From Cereibacter sphaeroides 2.4.1 (GTDB taxonomy: Bacteria > Pseudomonadota > Alphaproteobacteria > Rhodobacterales > Rhodobacteraceae), in contig NC_007490.2 in assembly GCF_000012905.2 (NCBI RefSeq), forward strand, positions 30,001 to 62,000: a stretch of DNA of 32,000 nt, in the 5' to 3' direction. Made by a program: the position numbers and the translations under genes. Numbering within the stretch: position 1 is the stretch's first letter; the number at the start of each line of letters is the position of its first letter. Below, piece by piece: positions 26,190 through 32,000 of the stretch. The notes beneath the pieces were generated by a model that saw nothing but the letters and a program-made list of their open reading frames with translations, did no database searches and was not told the DNA's origin.

Positions 26190-26360
26190 CGGCTGTGTTT
26201 CAGTCACGATCACGTTCTGCAAAGCAGGCTGTTGTCGGCCGAGAGTACGACGAGCGTATGCGCCCCCTGCGCCTGCAGGCCGGTCCGGCAGCCGCCGCCT
26301 TCGGTATCGCCGGGATTGATCACGCCATGGGTGATCGAGTTGGCCAGCGGCAGGATGTTG
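26190..26360 (-). pseudogene. Possible SGNH/GDSL-hydrolase N-terminal fragment
   Basis: One minus-strand frame reads KVLNILPLANSITHGVINPGDTEGGGCRTGLQAQG, which resembles the block-I motif (I)xPLGDSIT(x)G...GGYR. The flanking frames are broken. Confidence 0.25.
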
Positions 26361-26602
26361 AGCACCTTTTAGGCAGTAACCGTCCGCGAGAGCGGCGACC
26401 ACGGGACGGCGCGGTCCTTCGTAGTAAAACGTGTCGCCCTCGCCCGCCCCAATGAAATGCCCAATTGCGGACTGTAGCGGAAATGCGTGGCAAGCGTGAA
26501 ATGCTTCCTTGGAATGCGGCGGCCGGGGCGGTCCACTGGCTCATCGGCTCAAGTAACACCAAGGCACTCGTCTCATCCGGCCGGGCGCTCGGCCGGCACT
26601 GG

Positions 26603-27781
26603 TCAGGAACGAGGTCCGCGCCGGAATACCGCCGCAGGCGGCACCGTCGCGGCGGCGAGCCATCGTCGCAGTCCGGTCAGGCGCCGCAGCAGCGGCTCAT
26701 CCACCGCACTGGTGAACAGCAAGGCGAGAAGTAGCGTCCCGGCGAAATAGCCGAAGGCGAGCGGCAGCTCGGGCGTACCGTGCAGATGCGCCGAGGCCAC
26801 CACCGTGTAAAGCGGCGGCACATGCACGAGATAAAGGCCGAACGATATCCGTCCGAGAAAGAGCGGCACGGGGGTCGCGAAGATCCGTGCCATTGCGGGC
26901 AGTGTCAGCACCGCGTAAAGCAGAAGACCCGCCGCCAGCACCGGGACAAGGCCCCTCGGGCGGCCGACGTGCCATTGTTCGGGGACGTCCGGCAGATCGA
27001 GGCGCAGGTGCGCCCCTTCGCCCGGTGAGCCGAGCAGGACCGCCCCCACCAGCGCGGCCAGCGGAACGGCCGACGGCACGGGCAGCAGCACCTCGCGCCG
27101 TTGCGCCTCGTAGAGCGCGGCCCCGAGGACGAAGGCGAGGTAGGAGTCGGGCAACCATGCGACAATCGCCAGCCCGGAGGCGGCCAGCATGTAGAGGCGG
27201 ATCCTGCCCTGCGCTAGGAAATAGAGCAGGAAGATCCCGAGCGAGCCGACAAGCTCGATCTGCATCGTCCAGAGCACGTTGTTGAACCGCGAATAGCCGC
27301 GGAGGAAAGTGGCGGCGAGACCATCGGCCACAGCATACCACGCGGGCTTGATCGGCTCCTGATAGGTGAAGTTCAGCCAGCGCGACGGCTCGGCGAGCGT
27401 CTGCTGCAGGGCGCGCGCGCTGTCCGGAAAGGCGGTTAGCCAGATCCAAGCCAGCAGGCAGCTTGCCGTCACCGGCAGGGCGAGGCGCAGGTAGCGGGTG
27501 ACACTGTTCGCGATCAGCGCCTCCCTGCGCCGGTCCGCCGCGGCGGCCATGACGAAGCCCGAGAGGACGAAGAACACGGCCACCGCAAAGCGTCCGTTCC
27601 AGAGCATGTGGAGCGGCGTGTCGGCCAGTGCGGTGAGGCTCGTGCCCATCGAGGGCGCAAAGTTCGGATGCATCAGGCAGAGGTAGTGATATAGGACCAC
27701 GATGACTGCGGCCACGCCCCGGAGACCGTCAAATGCCGCAATCCGGGTCGCCGGCAAAGCCGATACGGCCATGGAAGCCAT
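26603..27781 (-). CDS. Acyltransferase family 3 (OafA/YrhL-like membrane O-acyltransferase)
   Basis: RIAAFDGLRGVAAVIVVLYHY is the N-terminal signature. About 10 TM segments follow, with FFVLSGFV in between. Confidence 0.85.
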   Translation of the reverse strand: MASMAVSALPATRIAAFDGLRGVAAVIVVLYHYLCLMHPNFAPSMGTSLTALADTPLHMLWNGRFAVAVFFVLSGFVMAAAADRRREALIANSVTRYLRLALPVTASCLLAWIWLTAFPDSARALQQTLAEPSRWLNFTYQEPIKPAWYAVADGLAATFLRGYSRFNNVLWTMQIELVGSLGIFLLYFLAQGRIRLYMLAASGLAIVAWLPDSYLAFVLGAALYEAQRREVLLPVPSAVPLAALVGAVLLGSPGEGAHLRLDLPDVPEQWHVGRPRGLVPVLAAGLLLYAVLTLPAMARIFATPVPLFLGRISFGLYLVHVPPLYTVVASAHLHGTPELPLAFGYFAGTLLLALLFTSAVDEPLLRRLTGLRRWLAAATVPPAAVFRRGPRS

Positions 27782-28152
27782 GAAAATGCTCCGTTGAAAA
27801 CACTGGTGGGTCGAGGGAGATGATCGGGCGCCAGGAGCGCCCAGACCTCGAAACAGGGTTTAGGTAGAGCCTTTCGGAGCGATGTCCACCGAGTTTGGAG
27901 CCGTCACCTGATCAAGGATGAACCGATCCGGTTTGACGCCTCCTTTTGCAGGTGTACTTCTAGGGCCATGAACGGCAGATGCAGTCACAGCAGTGCGGAA
28001 ACCTGCCGGCGCCGGACATGCCGCCAGGGACCACTGCGCCGACGGGTTTCGATACATCCTCGCCCCGACGCTGCCGTTCACGCCGAGCTGGCGGCAGGGC
28101 GTGGGTCCCTTGGCCTGGTTCCCTGCCCGCAGGTCTCGTCACAAAAGCTTCG

Positions 28153-28198
28153 CTTGACGCGTGCCTGCATTATTCCATAAGTCCCGAATTATGGAATA
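28153..28198 (+). promoter_or_regulatory. Candidate promoter plus operator of the ArsR-ArsC fusion gene
   Basis: CTTGAC (28153-28158) matches the alphaproteobacterial -35 consensus. A perfect 10-bp inverted repeat TATTCCATAA (28171-28180)-N8-TTATGGAATA (28189-28198) covers the expected -10 position and the ATG at 28191. No Shine-Dalgarno sequence lies upstream of the ATG. Confidence 0.5.
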
Positions 28199-29003
28199 TG
28201 AAGCTGCCACCCGTCACTTTGCCGCTCTCGGCCATCCCGGCCGCCTCTCCGTCGTCCGGCTGCTTTTGCGGCATGCGCCGCGGGGTGTACGGCCGACCGA
28301 GATCGCGGGGACGCTCGGGATGAAGTCGAACACTCTCTCGCACCATCTGGCCGAACTGGAGGGGGCGGGCCTGATCGGCTCGGCGCGCGAGGGACGCTCG
28401 CTGTTCTACACCGTGCGGCTGCCCGAACTGGCGGCGCTGATTGCCTACCTCGGCCAGGACTGCGGCCGGGGGCGCCCCGACCTGATGCCCACGCATCCAA
28501 CGGAGATCGACATGGACCGCCCCTTCAACGTGCTTTTCATCTGCTCGGGCAATTCCGCCCGCTCGATCTTTGCCGAGGCAATCCTGCGCAGCCTCGGCGG
28601 CACCCGCTTCCGCGCCTTCTCGGCGGGGACGCGGCCGAACAGCGTGCTCAACCCCTTCGCGATCGAGGTACTGGAGCGCAACGGGCTCGATACCTCGGGC
28701 CTGCGTTCGAAGCATGTCGCGGAGTTCGAGGGGCCGGAGGCTCCGCGGATGGATTTCGTCTTCACCGTCTGCGATCAGGCGGCGTCTGACGAATGCGCGC
28801 CCTGGCCGGGGCAGCCGCTGACCGCCCATTGGGGGATGCCCGACCCGGCGAAGGCCGAGGGCACGGATGCCGAGAAGGGCCTTGCCTTCGCCAAGGCCTT
28901 CGGCGAGCTGCATCGCCGGATCTCGGCTTTCACCCAGCTGCCCTTCGACCAGCTGGAGCGGCTGGCCCTGCAGCAGCACCTCGACCGGCTGGGAGAGGCC
29001 TGA
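28191..29003 (+). CDS. Fusion protein: ArsR-type HTH domain + LMW-PTP-type (thioredoxin-coupled) arsenate reductase ArsC
   Basis: The N-terminal half is [17 protein letters not shown]...[38 protein letters not shown] (ArsR HTH, no CVC site). The C-terminal half has [12 protein letters not shown] (CX5R P-loop) and [12 protein letters not shown] (Cys pair at the spacing seen in S. aureus-type ArsC). Confidence 0.85.
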   Translation: MEYEAATRHFAALGHPGRLSVVRLLLRHAPRGVRPTEIAGTLGMKSNTLSHHLAELEGAGLIGSAREGRSLFYTVRLPELAALIAYLGQDCGRGRPDLMPTHPTEIDMDRPFNVLFICSGNSARSIFAEAILRSLGGTRFRAFSAGTRPNSVLNPFAIEVLERNGLDTSGLRSKHVAEFEGPEAPRMDFVFTVCDQAASDECAPWPGQPLTAHWGMPDPAKAEGTDAEKGLAFAKAFGELHRRISAFTQLPFDQLERLALQQHLDRLGEA

Positions 29004-30010
29004 TGGCGCGGATCGCGATCAACGGCCTCGGGCGGATGGGGAAACTCTTGCTGCGCGAACTGATCGACCGCGGCATGGGCGACGGGATCATGCTTCTGAA
29101 CGATGCTGAGGGCGATCCGGCGCAGCACGCGCTGCTGATGGAGTTCGACAGCGTTCACGGCCGCTGGACGACGCCGGTGACGCATGACGCCGAGAGCCTG
29201 ACGCTCGCCGGCCACCGCATCCCGCTGCGGCGCGAACGGCGGATCGAGGATCTGCCGCTGGGCGAGCTGGGTGTCGATCTGGTGGTTGACTGCACCGGCG
29301 TCTTCAAGACCGCCGCGAAAATCGCGCCCTATTTCGAGGCGGTGAAGAAGGTCGTGGTCTCGGCGCCGGTGAAGGATGGCGGGGCGCTGAACCTGGTCTA
29401 TGGGATCAATCACCAGCTCTACGACGGCAGCCAGCGGCTGGTGACGGCGGCCTCCTGCACGACGAACTGCCTCGCGCCGGTGGTGAAGGTGATCCACGAG
29501 AGGTTGGGCATCCGGCATGGCTCGATCACCACGATCCATGACGTGACCAATACCCAAACCATCGTGGACCGGCCGGCGAAGAACATGCGCCGCGCCCGCT
29601 CGGCGCTGGCGAACCTGATCCCGACCTCGACCGGCTCGGCCACCGCGATCGGGCTGATCTACCCCGAGCTGAAGGGCCGGCTGAACGGCCATGCGGTGCG
29701 GGTGCCGCTGCTGAATGCCTCGCTGACCGACTGCGTCTTCGAGGTCGAGCGCCCGACCACGGCCGAGGAGGTCAACGCCCTCTTCGCCGAAGCCGCTGCC
29801 GGGCCGCTGAAAGGCATCCTCGGCTATGAGGAGCGGCCGCTGGTCTCGTCGGATTTCCTGAATGATCCCCGGTCGGCGGTGGTCGATGCGGCCTCGACCA
29901 TGGTGGTGGGCGGCACGCAGGTGAAGATCTACGCCTGGTATGACAACGAATGGGGCTATGCCTGCCGGATGGCCGACATCACCCGGCTGGTGGCGGAGAG
30001 CCTGACATGA
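29003..30010 (+). CDS. gap: Glyceraldehyde-3-phosphate dehydrogenase (ars-associated type)
   Basis: [14 protein letters not shown] (NAD-binding site), [10 protein letters not shown] (catalytic Cys) and WYDNEWGY. The ATG overlaps the upstream stop (TGATG at 29001-29005). Confidence 0.9.
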   Translation: MARIAINGLGRMGKLLLRELIDRGMGDGIMLLNDAEGDPAQHALLMEFDSVHGRWTTPVTHDAESLTLAGHRIPLRRERRIEDLPLGELGVDLVVDCTGVFKTAAKIAPYFEAVKKVVVSAPVKDGGALNLVYGINHQLYDGSQRLVTAASCTTNCLAPVVKVIHERLGIRHGSITTIHDVTNTQTIVDRPAKNMRRARSALANLIPTSTGSATAIGLIYPELKGRLNGHAVRVPLLNASLTDCVFEVERPTTAEEVNALFAEAAAGPLKGILGYEERPLVSSDFLNDPRSAVVDAASTMVVGGTQVKIYAWYDNEWGYACRMADITRLVAESLT

Positions 30011-30053
30011 GCCGCCCATTCCCCGGCGTCCGGCCTGCCGAGCGGTCCGGATC

Positions 30054-31292
30054 ATGAGCCTCGCCACCTCGTCGGGCCTTCGGGCCTATGCCGCCGTCAC
30101 CGCCGCCTACTGGGCCTTCATGCTCAGCGACGGCGCGCTGCGGATGCTGGTACTGCTGCATTTCAACGGCCTGGGCTTCTCGCCGGTGCAGCTGGCCTGG
30201 CTTTTCCTGCTTTATGAACTTGCCGGGATCGTGACCAACCTGTCGGCTGGCTGGCTGGCCGCGCGGTTCGGGCTGACCTCGACGCTTTACGCAGGCCTCG
30301 GGCTGCAGATCGGGGCGCTTGGCGCGCTGGCGATGCTGGACCCGGCGTGGAGCATTCCCGCCTCGGTCGCCTTCGTCATGGCGGTGCAGGGGGTGTCGGG
30401 CGTGGCCAAGGATCTGGCCAAGATGTCCTCGAAAAGTGCGGTCAAGGTGCTGGCGCCGGCGGGTGACGGGCTGTTCCGGTGGGTGGCGCTGCTGACGGGA
30501 TCGAAGAACGCGGTGAAGGGGGCGGGCTTCTTCCTCGGCGCCGCCTTGCTGGCGCTGGCGGGCTTTCAGGCGGCGGTCTGGGGGATGGCGGCGGTGCTGG
30601 CGGCGATCCTGCTGGCGGTGGTGCTCTGGATGCCCGAGGGCCTGCCCTGCGGCGTGAAGGGCACGAAATTCGCCTCGGTCTGGTCGCGCGATCCCGCCGT
30701 CATCCGGCTGTCGCTGGCGCGGATGTTCCTGTTCGGCGCGCGCGACGTGTGGTTCGTGGTGGGCATCCCGGTCTATTTCCAGTCCGTCCTGTCGGACGGC
30801 ACCGCCGAGGGCCGGCGCGAGGCCTTCTTCCTGATCGGCGGCTTCATGGCGCTCTGGATCATCGGCTACGGCGCGGTGCAGGGGATGGCGCCCCGGCTGA
30901 TCCGCGGAGACGCCGCAGCCCAGGCCCGCCGCTGGGCCGGGTGGCTGGTGCCGATCCCCTTCGCGCTCGCGGCGCTGGCACTGGCGGCGGGCGGACCGGC
31001 CCTGTGGCTGACGCTGACGCTGGTGGCGGGGCTTCTGCTCTTCGGCTTCGTCTTCGCGGTGAACTCGTCGCTGCACTCCTACCTGATCCTCGCCGTCTCG
31101 AAGGCCGAGCGGGTGACGATGGACGTGGGCTTCTACTACATGGCGAACGCCGCGGGTCGCCTGATCGGCACGCTGCTCTCGGGCCTCAGCTACCAGTGGG
31201 GCGGCCTGCCGCTCTGCCTTGCCACCGCGGGCGCCATGGCCGCCGGAAGCTGGCTCGCGGCGCGACGGTTCGGGGGAGCGGAACAGGCCTGA
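30054..31292 (+). CDS. arsJ: ArsJ-type MFS permease (1-arseno-3-phosphoglycerate efflux)
   Basis: YWAFMLSDGALRMLVLLHFNGLGFSPVQLAWLFLLYELAGIVTNLSAGWLAARFG is the ArsJ-like N-terminus. It sits directly downstream of the gapdh gene in an ars context. Confidence 0.75.
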   Translation: MSLATSSGLRAYAAVTAAYWAFMLSDGALRMLVLLHFNGLGFSPVQLAWLFLLYELAGIVTNLSAGWLAARFGLTSTLYAGLGLQIGALGALAMLDPAWSIPASVAFVMAVQGVSGVAKDLAKMSSKSAVKVLAPAGDGLFRWVALLTGSKNAVKGAGFFLGAALLALAGFQAAVWGMAAVLAAILLAVVLWMPEGLPCGVKGTKFASVWSRDPAVIRLSLARMFLFGARDVWFVVGIPVYFQSVLSDGTAEGRREAFFLIGGFMALWIIGYGAVQGMAPRLIRGDAAAQARRWAGWLVPIPFALAALALAAGGPALWLTLTLVAGLLLFGFVFAVNSSLHSYLILAVSKAERVTMDVGFYYMANAAGRLIGTLLSGLSYQWGGLPLCLATAGAMAAGSWLAARRFGGAEQA

Positions 31293-31674
31293 CGGTTCAA
31301 CTCCGCCCTGGCGGCAGCAGAGTCGGTGCTGTCGCAGAGGTCGCTCGAGCGTCGCAGACGGTGCACTAGTACGGCCGATATGCAGAAAGCGCGATGTCAC
31401 ACACCGGCCAGTCGAATGCCGTCATCTGCCGGACCTCCATTGCCAAGCGGCTTTGACTTGTGTCGATCGCTCTCCTTGCGATTGGGTTCTTTCGATTTGC
31501 GGTTATTGAGGGTTTCTGAGGATGCATGCCACAGCTGCGACGGTCGGCAAGACCGCTCTTCGTGCCGGCGTCTGGCATCATGCTGCGCAGGGCACGACGG
31601 GCAGGAAAGACACTGGTCGCTTAGCGTGAAGGCCGCTTCGGGTCAGGCATGCCTGCTGCGACCCAGCGCGCAAC

Positions 31675-32000
31675 GTAAGCATCCAGCATAGGCCGCGGTC
31701 ATGTAGCGAGTTGGCGCTCCGATGGCTGCCACTTCCACGGCAGAAGGTCCGGCACCCGTGAGACCGTTGTGTTGGGATATCTCGCCAGGACGTCGGCGAG
31801 CCAAGCCTGTGGGTCGATGTCGTTCATCTTGGCGGTGACGATCAGGGAATACATCAAGGCAGCCCAATCGCCGCCGTGCCCGGAGCCGGTGAAGAGCCAG
31901 GATTTTCGTCCCAATGCGATACCGCGCAGTGCGCGCTCGGCCGCGTTGTTATCGGGCATGTTGCCATCGGCGCCCCGCGAACGCTCGGCAGATTTTACCC
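31675..32000 (-). mobile_element. End of a second, different IS66-family element (runs off the window)
   Basis: GTAAGC terminus at 31675-31680, 24 bp outside the transposase stop. The internal sequence encodes an IS66 TnpC C-terminus on the minus strand. Confidence 0.6.
31699..32000 (-). CDS. tnpC: IS66-family transposase TnpC, C-terminal part (partial, continues beyond the window)
   Basis: DNNAAERALRGIALGRKSWLFTGSGHGGDWAALMYSLIVTAKMNDIDPQAWLADVLARYP...LLPW is the conserved IS66 tail. The frame stays open from 31959 to the window edge. Confidence 0.8.
   Translation of the reverse strand, partial: VKSAERSRGADGNMPDNNAAERALRGIALGRKSWLFTGSGHGGDWAALMYSLIVTAKMNDIDPQAWLADVLARYPNTTVSRVPDLLPWKWQPSERQLAT

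Noticed and set aside
24993-31400. Minus-strand ORFs of 371, 430 and 473 aa opposite the glycosyltransferase, gapdh and arsJ genes
   Set aside because: These are antisense shadows. The sense-strand genes carry catalytic motifs (SCTTNC and others).
31293-31674. Intergenic stretch after arsJ, including the 12-bp palindrome CAGGCATGCCTG (about 31643-31654) nested between GGGTC and GACCC
   Set aside because: No U-tract, no coding potential and no repeat partner elsewhere in the window. It is probably just the junction sequence next to the IS66 end.
1-32000. CRISPR arrays, tRNA or rRNA genes, integron attC sites or conjugation/oriT genes
   Set aside because: I saw no regularly spaced direct repeats, no cloverleaf-like or rRNA-like conserved stretches, and no relaxase or T4SS coding sequence. 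The visual scan cannot exclude small or degenerate elements.

Overview
High-GC alphaproteobacterial (Rhodobacter/Cereibacter/Paracoccus-like) plasmid segment; composition was judged by eye and no database search was possible. The core is a complete repABC replication/partition cassette on the minus strand (repA 6993-8177, repB 6007-7005, repC 4613-5836). It comes with two consensus parS palindromes just downstream of repC, a candidate antisense ctRNA in the repB-repC spacer, a vapBC addiction module and a serine resolvase. The accessory cargo is: (i) a light-to-c-di-GMP pair, heme oxygenase plus a bacteriophytochrome with PAS-GAF-PHY-GGDEF-EAL architecture (BphG1-like); (ii) next to it, separated only by an IS scar, a translationally coupled triad of a small Cys-motif MetOD1/V4R-like protein, a soluble PAS-HisKA_2 histidine kinase and a receiver-only response regulator. 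This triad is my best candidate for an undescribed signalling system. (iii) a SulP/STAS transporter - tandem USP - DksA/TraR zinc finger - MFS operon; (iv) two arsenic modules: arsR-arsP-thioredoxin-like-(truncated rhodanese), and an ArsR-ArsC fusion followed by gapdh-arsJ; (v) a glycosyltransferase and an acyltransferase-3 gene. The cargo blocks are separated by mobile-element debris: a fully decayed IS66 element with recognisable inverted repeats, three IS3-family transposase fragments, an IS5-family fragment, a second IS66-family end at the right window edge, and a patch of unrelated gene fragments (PLD-like, aconitase C-terminus). No rRNA, tRNA or CRISPR array was seen. Many long ORFs in the six-frame track are antisense shadows typical of high-GC DNA and were not called.
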